Positions 1-9,857 of a stretch of 32,000 nucleotides of DNA are shown here, piece after piece. The DNA comes from Candidatus Saccharimonadota bacterium. GTDB lineage: Bacteria; Pseudomonadota; Gammaproteobacteria; Enterobacterales; Enterobacteriaceae. Position 1 is the first letter of the stretch. Every line of letters begins with the position of its first letter. Below the pieces are notes generated by a model. That model worked only from the letters and a program-made list of their open reading frames with translations, was not told the origin of the DNA and searched no databases. The stretch is from contig NZ_OZ060402.1 in assembly GCF_964059045.1 (NCBI RefSeq), forward strand, positions 390,001 to 422,000, given 5' to 3'. Made by a program: the position numbers and the translations under genes.

Positions 1-1433
1 GCTTTGATAACATCTAATTCTTTAATATCAGTTAAATCATCAACACCTTGATCTGCTAAGTTCTCTAAAGTACATATTTTTTTTTTAGACAATTCAATAG
101 CTAAAGTTTGAGTCATACCGTTTAAACGTAATAAATCATCATCAATAAGATATTTTTTAATATAATTATCTTTTTCTAATTCAATAATTTTTAAAGAATT
201 TTTGGCATTATAACGAATTTTTTTAACTATATTTATATCTAAATCTGCTATATTTAATAATTCATTTAATGAAATATAAACTAATTCTTCTAATTTAGTA
301 AATCCTTCATTAATTAAAATTTGAGCTATTTTATCATCAATATTTAAATATTTTTTAAATAAATTGAAAGAATCACAAGATTCTTTTTTGTGTTTAATAG
401 TTAATTCTTCTATAGTCATAACATTTAATTCCCAACCTGTTAGTTGAGATGCTAAACGAACATTTTGTCCATTTCTTCCAATTGCTTGTGCTAAATTATT
501 ATTTTCTACTGCAATATCCATAGTATGTGAATCTTCATCAACAATAATAGAAGAAACTTCTGCAGGAGACATAGCATTGATCACAAATTGTGGATAATTA
601 TCATCCCATAATACAATGTCAATTCTTTCCCCACATAATTCACTTGAAACTGCTTGTACTCTTGCTCCTCTCATACCTACACAGGCCCCAACAGGATCAA
701 TTCTTTTATCATTAGTTTTAACAGCAATTTTAGCACGAGAACCAGGATCTCTTGCAGTTGCTTTGATTTCAATAACTTCTTCTCCTATTTCTGGAACTTC
801 AATTCTAAATAATTCTATTAACATCTCATCTTTAGATCTACTAACAAATAGTTGTGATCCTTTAGATTCTGGATGTACAGCATATAATACTCCACGAACA
901 CGATCTCCTGGTCTAAAATTTTCTCTAGGTAACATATCTTCACGCATGATTAATGCTTCTGCATTATTACCTAAATCTAAAATAATATTATCTCGATTAA
1001 TTTTTTTTACTATGCCTGTAACAATTTCACCAGAATGGTTACGAAATTGTTCAACGATCATAGCACGTTCAGCTTCTCGAACTTTTTGTACAATAACTTG
1101 TTTAGCTGTTTGAGTAGTAATTCTATCAAATGTAACTGATTGAATTTCGTCTTCAATATAATCATTAATTTTTTTTGTTTCATCTTCAAAACAAGCAGCA
1201 GCTAAAGTGATTTCTTTTGTTGGTTGAGTAACTTCATGAACTACAATCCAACGTCTAAATGTTTTAAAACTTCCTGTTTTTCGATCAATGCTAACTCTAA
1301 TATCCACATCTTGATCATGTTTTTTCTTTGTTGCAGTTGCTAATGCAATTTCTAAAGCTTCAAAGATTTTTTCTCGAGGTAAAGATTTTTCATTAGATAC
1401 AGCTTCTGCAACAGCTAAGATTTCTTTATTCAT
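1..1433 (-). CDS. nusA: Transcription termination/antitermination factor NusA; the C-terminal ~18 codons run off the window start
   Basis: It is absent from the ORF track because it is open at the window edge. Manual reverse-strand translation from the ATG at 1433-1431 gives [38 protein letters not shown]...DYIEDEI, then [66 protein letters not shown]...[28 protein letters not shown]...[26 protein letters not shown]. This is colinear with E. coli NusA and there is no stop down to position 1. The internal frame anomaly at 1080-1142 is described in the findings. Confidence 0.93.
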   Translation of the reverse strand, partial: MNKEILAVAEAVSNEKSLPREKIFEALEIALATATKKKHDQDVDIRVSIDRKTGSFKTFRRWIVVHEVTQPTKEITLAAACFEDETKKINDYIEDEIQSVTFDRITTQTAKQVIVQKVREAERAMIVEQFRNHSGEIVTGIVKKINRDNIILDLGNNAEALIMREDMLPRENFRPGDRVRGVLYAVHPESKGSQLFVSRSKDEMLIELFRIEVPEIGEEVIEIKATARDPGSRAKIAVKTNDKRIDPVGACVGMRGARVQAVSSELCGERIDIVLWDDNYPQFVINAMSPAEVSSIIVDEDSHTMDIAVENNNLAQAIGRNGQNVRLASQLTGWELNVMTIEELTIKHKKESCDSFNLFKKYLNIDDKIAQILINEGFTKLEELVYISLNELLNIADLDINIVKKIRYNAKNSLKIIELEKDNYIKKYLIDDDLLRLNGMTQTLAIELSKKKICTLENLADQGVDDLTDIKELDVIK

Positions 1434-1492
1434 CTTAGTTAACCTTAGTTATTTTTAAAATAAACTGTGTGTTAAAATATATTAATATTATG

Positions 1493-1534
1493 ATTAATAA
1501 CAATTAAAATATTAATATTTTAATTGTTATTAAT
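1493..1534. repeat. Perfect 42-bp palindrome (21-bp arms, no spacer), 60-100 bp upstream of the nusA start
   Basis: The sequence is ATTAATAACAATTAAAATATT|AATATTTTAATTGTTATTAAT. I checked it base by base: every pair i+j=3027 is complementary from 1493/1534 in to 1513/1514. It includes one C:G pair (1501/1526). Confidence 0.85.
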
Positions 1535-1835
1535 ATTATACTATTTATTTGAAAACTATAATTTATATTGTAATAAAAATGATTATTTTAAAAATTTTTA
1601 ACTGTATAATAAGACATATTAATATCTCTATTACTTATATTTATTAAATTAATAATAATTTAATAATTTTATTAAAAAAAATAATATAATTTGATAAAAA
1701 ATTTTCTTAATAAATCAAAACCATTGTAAAATATAAATTTCATTTCATTAGTGATTTTTAATATATATAAATTATATTAAAAATATATAATCAATTATTA
1801 TTAAATACAGGATATTTTTCAATATATTTAATAAT

Positions 1836-1859
1836 AAAAAACCCCGATTAAATTCGGGG
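1836..1859 (-). terminator. Candidate Rho-independent terminator downstream of the secG/tRNA-Leu unit
   Basis: CCCCGA (1842-1847) and TCGGGG (1854-1859) form a 6-bp GC-rich stem with a 6-nt loop. On the minus strand the stem is followed by T6 (the complement of A 1836-1841). It is the only GC-rich element in a 630-bp AT spacer. It lies about 200 nt 3' of the tRNA, which is further than usual. Confidence 0.5.
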
Positions 1860-2066
1860 ATTAAAAATCTGATACCCTAAATAAAAAATTTATAAAAATA
1901 TTAATTAAAACAATAATTTTTAAAAATCAAAACAAAAATATTATTATCTTAATTTGAAATAAAAATTAAAATTTTATTTTTGAAAATTATTATAACGCAT
2001 TTAAATATCATATTTAATTTAATTTGATATATATTATTTTTCTATTTTTTATTTAGTATTACTTCC

Positions 2067-2153
2067 TACCGAAGACGGGACTTGAACCCGTACGCCTCAT
2101 TACAGGCACTACTACCTCAAAGTAGCGTGTCTACCAATTTTCACCACTTCGGC
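2067..2153 (-). tRNA. leuU: tRNA-Leu, anticodon GAG (leuU-like); no encoded CCA
   Basis: The reverse complement is GCCGAAGTGGTGAAAATTGGTAGACACGCTACTTTGAGGTAGTAGTGCCTGTAATGAGGCGTACGGGTTCAAGTCCCGTCTTCGGTA. The anticodon stem is CTACT/AGTAG and the loop is TTGAGGT. It has a long variable arm and a GGTTCAAGTCC T-arm, and is near-identical to E. coli leuU. It is followed by GGA rather than CCA. Confidence 0.93.
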
Positions 2154-2251
2154 ATTAATTATTCTAGTTATATTACTAAATATCTAATATTAAATAAAAA
2201 TTATACTATGACATATTATTGAGGTATATCTAAAATTTAATTTTATAGATA

Positions 2252-2544
2252 TTAACTGATCATCATAGAATCTACTATCTCTTTTTTTTGATTATTTGAC
2301 ATCAAATCTTTAGTTTCTTCAATAATAGTAATTTTACATAACATTAATGCAGTTAAAAAAAATATAATTGCTAAAAAACTAGTTATAATAATCAAAAAGT
2401 TATTTTTTTTATATGGATTTAATAATTTGTTCATAGTATTTAATTCTGTAGAAGTAACATTTATTTTTTTTTCTGATTGAAAAATAATTATAGTAATTAA
2501 AAAAAATGAAACAAAAATAAAAATTATAAAAAAAAATCATACAT
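2252..2544 (-). CDS. secG: Preprotein translocase subunit SecG, with an apparent 1-nt frameshift in a T9 tract right after the start codon
   Basis: The 60-aa track ORF (2252-2434) contains ..KKNNFLIIITSFLAIIFFLTALMLCKI, which matches SecG TM2 (E. coli NFMTRMTALLATLFFIISLVLGNI). The same frame stays open upstream to 2536, reading FFFIIFIFVSFFLITIIIFQSEKKINVTSTELNT, which is TM1-like (compare LLVVFLIVAIGLVGLIMLQQGKG), but it has no ATG, GTG or TTG. ATG-TAT-GAT (MYD; E. coli SecG starts MYE) sits at 2544-2536, one nucleotide out of frame. An AAGGA Shine-Dalgarno lies at 2555-2559 on the minus strand. Confidence 0.7.
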
Positions 2545-2589
2545 ATATATTGTATCCTTATATTTATTAATAAAATTTTTATTAAATCA

Positions 2590-2633
2590 TTTTAAAAAAT
2601 ATAAAAATTATAAAATTTTTATATTTTTTAAAA
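2590..2633. repeat. Perfect inverted repeat (20-bp arms, 4-nt loop, A/T only) between the ftsH stop and the secG start; possible weak terminator or attenuator
   Basis: TTTTAAAAAATATAAAAATT (2590-2609), loop ATAA, then AATTTTTATATTTTTTAAAA (2614-2633). The arms were verified as exact reverse complements. Confidence 0.7.
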
Positions 2634-2738
2634 AATTAAATTATTAAAAATTAAGATATTCAATATCCAATTAAAATAACTAATAATTATTATTTATATT
2701 AATTAATAATAGTTATTATATTACTTTAATAAATATAT

Positions 2739-4592
2739 TTAAGAAATATTATTATTTATGTTTTTTTCTGAAAAAAATTCTGGTGATCTAACTGGCTTTC
2801 GATTCATTAAATCACTAATTTGATCAGCATTAATAGTTTCATATTTCATTAATGCTTCTTTCATTGCATGTAATATATCTATATTATCATTTAATATTTT
2901 TTTCGAGCGATTATAATTCTTTTCGATTAATATTTTTATTTCTTCATCTATAATTCTTGCTGTTTCATTAGATATATGTTTAGATTTAACTACAGTTTTT
3001 CCTAAAAAAATTTCTCCTTCTTCTTCTGAATATAATAAAGGACCTAATTTTTCTGAAAACCCCCACTGAGTGATCATTTTTCTAGCTAAATTTGTAGCAA
3101 TTTTGATATCATTAGAAGAACCTGTTGAAATCTTATCCACTCCATAAATAATCTCTTCCGCTAAACGACCACCATACAAAGTAGATATTTGACTTTCTAG
3201 TTTTTCTCGACTTATACTAAAAACATCTTCTTTAGGAAGAAAAAAAGTAATACCTAATGCTTGTCCTCTAGGTATAATCGTTACTTTATGAGCAGGATCA
3301 TGACCAGGAACTAATTGCCCAATAATAACATGACCTGATTCATGATATGCAGTAGATTCTTTTTGCATATCGGTCATTACCATTGATTTCCTTTCAGATC
3401 CCATAATTATTTTATCTTTGGCTTTTTCTAATTCTAACATAGATACAACTAAATGGTTAGATCGAGCTGCAAATAATGCTGCTTCATTAACCAAATTAGC
3501 CAAATCTGCACCAGAAAAACCTGGAGTTCCCCTTGCAATAATCATAGGAACTACATTTTTAGCTAAAGGTATTTTTTTCATATGTACTTTGAGAATTTGT
3601 TCTCTACCTCTTAAATCAGGTAGAGCAACAATCACCTGACGATCAAAACGTCCTGGTCTTAATAACGCAGGATCTAAAACATCTGGACGATTAGTAGCAG
3701 CAATTAAAATAATACCTTCATTTCCTTCAAATCCATCCATTTCCACTAACATTTGATTTAAAGTTTGTTCTCTCTCATCATGTCCTCCTCCTAAGCCTGT
3801 ACCTCTTTGTCGACCAACTGCGTCTATTTCATCAATAAATATTATACAAGGAGCAGATTTTCTAGAATGTTCAAACATATCACGTACTCTAGAAGCTCCA
3901 ACACCAACAAACATTTCTACAAATTCTGAACCAGAAATAGTAAAAAATGGTACTTTTGCTTCACCAGCAATGGCTTTAGCCAATAAAGTTTTACCAGTTC
4001 CTGGTGGTCCTACCATTAATATACCTTTTGGAATTTTTCCACCTAATTTCTGAAATCTAGATGGTTCCTTAAGATATTCTACTAATTCTTTTACTTCTTC
4101 TTTAGCTTCATCACAACCTGCAACATCTGAAAAAGTAGTTTTAATTTTATTATCTTCTAACATTCTTGCTTTACTTTTTCCAAAAGACATTGCACCCTTA
4201 CCACCACCAAATTGTATTTGTCTCATAAAAAAAACCCATACACCAATTAATAATAATGTAGGAAACCAAGATACAAAAATAGATGTAATTAAACTTGGTG
4301 GTTCAGGAAAATCACCTATGACTTTAACATGTCTAATTAAAAGATTATCAAGTAATTTAGGATCACTAATAGGAATTAAAGTTATATATTTACTACTATC
4401 TTTTTTAGTAACACTAATCTCATGACCATTTATACGTGCTTCACTAACCTGATCTTGGTTTACTTCCGATAAAAAAGTTGAATAATCTACTTTACGGTAG
4501 TTGTCATTATTAACACTTAAATTATGAAAGATAGATATCAAAACTACTGCAATAACAAACCAAAGAACTAGGTTTTTAACCATGTCATTCAA
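2739..4592 (-). CDS. ftsH: ATP-dependent zinc metalloprotease FtsH
   Basis: This is a 617-aa ORF. It carries Walker A GPPGTGKT, the [11 protein letters not shown] segment, the Zn site HESGH, and two N-terminal TM segments. It is colinear with E. coli FtsH throughout. The start could instead be Met4 (4583), which aligns with E. coli MAKNLILW. Confidence 0.96.
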   Translation of the reverse strand: MNDMVKNLVLWFVIAVVLISIFHNLSVNNDNYRKVDYSTFLSEVNQDQVSEARINGHEISVTKKDSSKYITLIPISDPKLLDNLLIRHVKVIGDFPEPPSLITSIFVSWFPTLLLIGVWVFFMRQIQFGGGKGAMSFGKSKARMLEDNKIKTTFSDVAGCDEAKEEVKELVEYLKEPSRFQKLGGKIPKGILMVGPPGTGKTLLAKAIAGEAKVPFFTISGSEFVEMFVGVGASRVRDMFEHSRKSAPCIIFIDEIDAVGRQRGTGLGGGHDEREQTLNQMLVEMDGFEGNEGIILIAATNRPDVLDPALLRPGRFDRQVIVALPDLRGREQILKVHMKKIPLAKNVVPMIIARGTPGFSGADLANLVNEAALFAARSNHLVVSMLELEKAKDKIIMGSERKSMVMTDMQKESTAYHESGHVIIGQLVPGHDPAHKVTIIPRGQALGITFFLPKEDVFSISREKLESQISTLYGGRLAEEIIYGVDKISTGSSNDIKIATNLARKMITQWGFSEKLGPLLYSEEEGEIFLGKTVVKSKHISNETARIIDEEIKILIEKNYNRSKKILNDNIDILHAMKEALMKYETINADQISDLMNRKPVRSPEFFSEKNINNNIS

Positions 4593-4633
4593 TGGATTAA
4601 CCTCACTTTTTTGTTAATAAAAAAAATAAGTAA

Positions 4634-5263
4634 TTAATTTTTTAGCCCTATTGCTAAAATAAAAACTTCACGAGAACGTCCTCTTGAAGAATCTGGTTTA
4701 CAAATTTTTACTTTTAAAAATAATGAACAAATTCTTTTTAAAAATGTTTCAAAACCAGTACCTTGAAATAATTTCAATAAAAGAATTCCATTTTTAACTA
4801 ATAAATTTTTAGAAATAAATAAAGCTAATTCACCTAAAGCAATAATTTTTGGTAAATCTATCAATGAACATCCACTAGTATTAGGAGCCATATCAGACAT
4901 AATTACATTGATTGTTTTAGTTCTACAAAGATTCAAGACCTTATGTAATATAATATTATTATTTAAATCACCTTGAATAAAAATTACATTATTAATGTAT
5001 TTCATAGGTAAAATATCACAAGCTATAATTTGACCCTGTCTACCTATTTTGTTAACTGAATACTCTGACCAACTTCCTGGTGAAGATCCTAAATCCAGTA
5101 CATTCATTCCTAATTTAAAAATTTTGTATTTGTTATTAATTTGTTCCAATTTAAACCATGCTCGAGAACATAATTTTCTTTTTTTTGATTCTTTTACATA
5201 TTTATCTCTAAAATGTTCATGTAACCACTGATGAGAACTTTTTGAACGATTTTTAATAATCAT
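4634..5263 (-). CDS. rlmE: 23S rRNA (uridine2552-2'-O)-methyltransferase RlmE/FtsJ
   Basis: The ORF track starts at 5308. Met16 (ATG at 5263-5261) gives MIIKNRSKSSHQWLHEHFRDKYV, which aligns residue for residue with E. coli [23 protein letters not shown]. The SAM motif is VLDLGSSPGSWS, and the catalytic-region KPDSSRGRSRE is present. Confidence 0.9.
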   Translation of the reverse strand: MIIKNRSKSSHQWLHEHFRDKYVKESKKRKLCSRAWFKLEQINNKYKIFKLGMNVLDLGSSPGSWSEYSVNKIGRQGQIIACDILPMKYINNVIFIQGDLNNNIILHKVLNLCRTKTINVIMSDMAPNTSGCSLIDLPKIIALGELALFISKNLLVKNGILLLKLFQGTGFETFLKRICSLFLKVKICKPDSSRGRSREVFILAIGLKN

Positions 5264-5536
5264 AAAATATTTATCACCAAACATTAAATAAATCTCTTTG
5301 TAATTCAACTATAATTGTAATATTTCTATCAATAAAAAAATTAATTTTTTATATTTTAAATATTACAATTTTATAAATTAAAAATATTTTATTTATGCAT
5401 CATACATAAAAAATTAAAAATAAATTCTATATTTAAAAAGTATTTCGGATCAAGAAAAATATATTATTGATTTAATAAAATAATAAAAACATAATCAATC
5501 GCATAAATATTAATATTAAATTAAAATATTATTTTT

Positions 5537-6016
5537 TTAAATATGTTCTATTTTAATAATTTTATAATTTACATTACCTCCAGGAGTTAAAATATGTGCA
5601 ATTTCGTTCAATGATTTTCCAATCAGACCTCGAGCAATTGGAGAATTAATAGAAATAAATTGTTTTTTGAAATCTGACTCATCATTACCTACAATACAAT
5701 AAGTAAATTTTTTTTTTGTTTCTAAATTCAGAATGGTTACTGTCACTCCAAAAATTACTTTTCCAGTATTAGGAATTTTACTAATATCTATTATTTGTGA
5801 ATGAAATAATTTATTTTCAATATCTTTGATTCTTCCTTCACAAAAACTTTGTTCTTCTCTAGCAATATGATATTCAGAATTTTCCTTTAAATCACCATGT
5901 TCCCTAGCTTCTGAAATTGCAGAAATAATTTTTGGACGTGTAATATTTTTTAAATATGAAAGTTCATTTTGAAGTTTTTCTGCTCCCTGTACCGTCATTG
6001 GAAACCGTTTGACCAT
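5537..6016 (-). CDS. greA: Transcription elongation factor GreA
   Basis: This is a 159-aa [17 protein letters not shown]...[31 protein letters not shown]...[11 protein letters not shown] is colinear with E. coli GreA. Confidence 0.95.
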   Translation of the reverse strand: MVKRFPMTVQGAEKLQNELSYLKNITRPKIISAISEAREHGDLKENSEYHIAREEQSFCEGRIKDIENKLFHSQIIDISKIPNTGKVIFGVTVTILNLETKKKFTYCIVGNDESDFKKQFISINSPIARGLIGKSLNEIAHILTPGGNVNYKIIKIEHI

Positions 6017-6642
6017 ACTTTACACCTCATACATTAAAAATTAAATCATTTATTATTATCATATTTATTTATTATATTTATTATAAATTATCAATTAATA
6101 TTTTAAATTTAAAATAATTGAATAAAATAAATAACTTTCAAAAAATAATATATTTCTATAAAAATAAAAATATATTATTATAAAATAACAAAAATAAATA
6201 ATATATTACTATACATATAGTAATGAATTATTATACTATAATCAAAATAAAAATATCAAAAATCAATTAATTTTAATTAGTATATATTTATAAATTATGA
6301 TATATAAAATATATTCAAATAAATTAAAAAAAAAATCAATACATAATATTATTATAATTTTTTATTAAATTAAAAATCATCTGAAATAAATATTCAATAA
6401 TTTTTAATATACTATATTTTTAAAAAAATATTTTATAATAATTGTATGCTTTGAAAACTGATTTTAAAATAAAAATATTATTAAAAATAATTTATTATAT
6501 TTACAAAAATTATAAATTAATTGTATTAACGGTATATTTTAAATTCATCAATAATAACTTTTAATATAAAAAATATTATTAAATAATATTTTTATATATT
6601 AATATAACAATTAAAAATATTTTGAGTAAATCAATTAAAATT

Positions 6643-6900
6643 ATGGACATACAAAAAATTAAATCTATATTAATGAAATCCATATCATCATTAGAAAATG
6701 TATATATCAAAGGTGATAATAATCATATTGAAATTATAGCCATTGGAAAAATATTTTTAGGAATGAAACATGTTAAACAACAACAAACTATTTATATTCC
6801 ATTAATGCAATATTTTACAAATCAAATTATTCATTCCGTATCCATTAAAACTTTTACACCACAAGAATGGAATCAAGAAAAAAATAATCATACATTATAA
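6643..6900 (+). CDS. ibaG: BolA-family protein IbaG/YrbA
   Basis: The track ORF begins at a TTG at 6622. The ATG at 6643 gives MDIQKIKSILMKSI..., which aligns with E. coli MENNEIQSVLMNAL. The conserved core is HIEIIAIGKIFLGMKHVKQQQTIYIPLMQYF...IHSVSIKTFTPQEW. Confidence 0.85.
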   Translation: MDIQKIKSILMKSISSLENVYIKGDNNHIEIIAIGKIFLGMKHVKQQQTIYIPLMQYFTNQIIHSVSIKTFTPQEWNQEKNNHTL

Positions 6901-7555
6901 AAAAATATTTTTTTTATTGAATAACTATCAAAAAATATAATTTAAAATTATATTACAAATATTTAATAAACATGAAATAACTTTTACAACAATAATAATT
7001 GTTTAAAAATCTTTCATTAAAAATTAATTAATCTTAAAATATTTTATCAAATAATAAAAAAATAAATATCTTCACAATAAATTAATAAAATTAAATATTA
7101 AATAAATATATAAATGCACTATATTTATTAAATTAAAATTATAATATATAAAAATATATCAAAAATATTAAAATATAATTTTAATTAAAAATAATAAATT
7201 TTTAAAAATCATAATTTAAAAATATTTTTTAAAAAATAAATCTTGTTATATATAAAAATTTGATTTTATTTATTATATATAACCAATATACTATATCCGA
7301 AAAGAAATAAATTTTAAAAAACAATCAAAAATAATAACAAACATAATTAATTATCATATGATATATAATTAAAAAACTATTTAATATAAATATATAATAT
7401 AATAATAAATTAAAATCAAAAATAAAATTAACAAAAAAAATATCAATTCTATAATAAAAATATAATCAAAATATTGCTTTTGAATAATAAAATTTAAAAT
7501 TCTAAAAAAAAAATAAAAAATTTTAAAAGATATTAATTAAACCATGGAGTCAAAT

Positions 7556-7882
7556 ATGTATGCAATTTTAAAAAACGGTGGAAAACAATACCGAGTTACA
7601 ATAGGACAAATAATTAAATTAGAAAAAATAAATCATAAAATTGGTGATATAATTCAATTTAATCAAGTATTAATGATATCTGATAACAATAAAATTAATA
7701 TTGGTACACCATATCTGAATCAAATCAGTATCCAAGGATCTGTAATTGATCAAGGAAGAAACAAAAAAATCCATATTATTAAATTTAGAAGAAGAAAACA
7801 TTATAAAAAACAGCAAGGACATCGTCAATTTTATACAAGTGTTAAAATACAAGAAATTAAAAATAATATACAATCAGGATAA
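7556..7882 (+). CDS. rplU: 50S ribosomal protein L21
   Basis: [14 protein letters not shown]...[16 protein letters not shown] is present. The ATG at 7556 matches the E. coli start (MYAVFQSGGKQHRV) and is preceded by a GGAG at 7547-7550. The track start at 7544 would add 4 residues. Confidence 0.93.
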   Translation: MYAILKNGGKQYRVTIGQIIKLEKINHKIGDIIQFNQVLMISDNNKINIGTPYLNQISIQGSVIDQGRNKKIHIIKFRRRKHYKKQQGHRQFYTSVKIQEIKNNIQSG

Positions 7883-7888
7883 AATAAT

Positions 7889-8149
7889 ATGGCACATAAA
7901 AAAGCAGGTGGGTCTACAAGAAACGGAAGAGATTCACATTCAAAAAGATTAGGAGTCAAAAAATTTGGTGGAGAATTAGTTTTTGCAGGGAATATTCTTG
8001 TTAAACAAAGAGGTACTAAATTTCATCCTGGAAACAATGTTGGTTGTGGAAAAGATTATACACTTTTTTCAAAAATTAATGGATACGTGCAGTTTATTAC
8101 AAAAGGTATAAAAAATAAAAAATATATTAATATTATACAAAAAAAATAA
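7889..8149 (+). CDS. rpmA: 50S ribosomal protein L27
   Basis: [29 protein letters not shown]...[23 protein letters not shown] is present, and the gene lies immediately downstream of rplU. Confidence 0.96.
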   Translation: MAHKKAGGSTRNGRDSHSKRLGVKKFGGELVFAGNILVKQRGTKFHPGNNVGCGKDYTLFSKINGYVQFITKGIKNKKYINIIQKK

Positions 8150-8332
8150 AAAATATTAAAAAAAAAATTATTTTATCTTCAATAGATATTTAATATAATG
8201 CGTTTTACTTTAAAAAATAAAATTAATAATAAGATAACAATATATCTTTTTTAAAAATATTTTTCGATCAAAATAAAAATATAAAAAAACAAATTTTTAT
8301 TTGATTCAATAATGCAAAAAAAAATTAATTAA

Positions 8333-9355
<1,023 letters not shown>

Positions 9356-9440
9356 AAACTATTATATAAAAAATTAAACCTGATGTGATAAAATAATAAC
9401 CGTGGATGAAAAATATTAAATATTATTTAAAATTATTATA

Positions 9441-9833
9441 TTATCTTTTTGAAAATTGAGGACGACATCTAGCTTTTCTTAAACCAACCTTTTTACGTTC
9501 TACTTGTCTAGAATCACGAGTTACAAATCCAGCATTTCTTAAAGTAGGACGAAAAGTTTCATCATATTTTATTAAAGCTTTAGTTATTCCTTGACGAATA
9601 GCTCCTGCTTGACCAGAAATGCCTCCACCTTTGACAGTAATATAAAAATCAAATTTTTCATTTAAATTCATAATTTCTAAAGGTTGCAAAACAATCATAC
9701 AGGATGTTTTACGACCAAAATATTCTTCTAATGATCGTTTATTAACTACTATTTTTCCAGATCCTAATTTAAAAAACACTCTTGCAGAGGAACGTTTACG
9801 TCTTCCAGTTCCATAATTGGTCACTTTATTCAT
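9441..9833 (-). CDS. rpsI: 30S ribosomal protein S9
   Basis: [14 protein letters not shown]...[19 protein letters not shown]...[20 protein letters not shown] is present. Confidence 0.96.
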   Translation of the reverse strand: MNKVTNYGTGRRKRSSARVFFKLGSGKIVVNKRSLEEYFGRKTSCMIVLQPLEIMNLNEKFDFYITVKGGGISGQAGAIRQGITKALIKYDETFRPTLRNAGFVTRDSRQVERKKVGLRKARCRPQFSKR

Positions 9834-9857
9834 ATGATTATATATAAACCTCTATAC

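Noticed and set aside
616-1113. A 165-aa plus-strand ORF in the track.
   Set aside because: It lies entirely antisense to nusA, whose minus-strand translation is unmistakable. Its Ser/Leu/Thr-rich composition is typical of a shadow ORF.
1080-1142. Programmed ribosomal frameshifting as the explanation for the nusA out-of-frame segment.
   Set aside because: Neither junction has a slippery heptamer (the sequence is GAA-ATT-CAT at the first junction and GTT-TCG at the second). I also see no adjacent stimulatory stem-loop or Shine-Dalgarno-like element. Requiring two precise shifts 60 nt apart is far less parsimonious than a compensated indel pair or a sequence error.
1535-1540. A perfect TATAAT hexamer on the minus strand abutting the nusA palindrome, considered as the nusA promoter -10. 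Other TATAAT- or TTGACA-like hexamers upstream of genes were considered too.
   Set aside because: No acceptable -35 lies at 16-18 bp spacing, and TATAAT-like hexamers occur constantly in DNA of this composition. Promoters cannot be called from the sequence alone here.
3418-3639. Antisense or overlapping track ORFs inside real genes: 3418-3639+, 5049-5231+, 7670-7873-, 7746-7952+, 8542-8877-, 12290-12517-, 12566-12814-, 12818-13045-, 15044-15226-, 21153-21356-, 21573-21767-.
   Set aside because: Each is embedded in, or out of frame with, a strongly supported conserved gene (ftsH, rlmE, rplU/rpmA, obgE, ffh, rplS, alaS). Each also has low-complexity Ile/Phe/Leu/Ser composition and no recognisable similarity to known proteins.
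5313-5370. Shorter A/T inverted repeats in spacers as regulatory elements. Examples are 13-bp arms at 5313-5325/5358-5370, and palindromes at 6569-6593, 6934-6954, 10547-10568, 11927-11950 and 24222-24241.
   Set aside because: With essentially a two-letter alphabet, arms of 11-13 bp are expected by chance many times in about 10 kb of spacer (roughly 2^-12 per centre, multiplied by the number of loop sizes and positions). Only the 19-21-bp-arm elements and the GC-containing hairpins exceed that background.
6017-6642. Long spacers (6017-6642, 10287-10667, 18693-19134, 28129-28554) as hiding places for unannotated genes or sRNAs.
   Set aside because: They have no ORF of 60 aa or more, no GC-enriched segment suggestive of a structured RNA, and no repeated motif shared between spacers that I could see. 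They are most simply eroded remnants of lost genes. This cannot be excluded without RNA-seq or sensitive homology searches.
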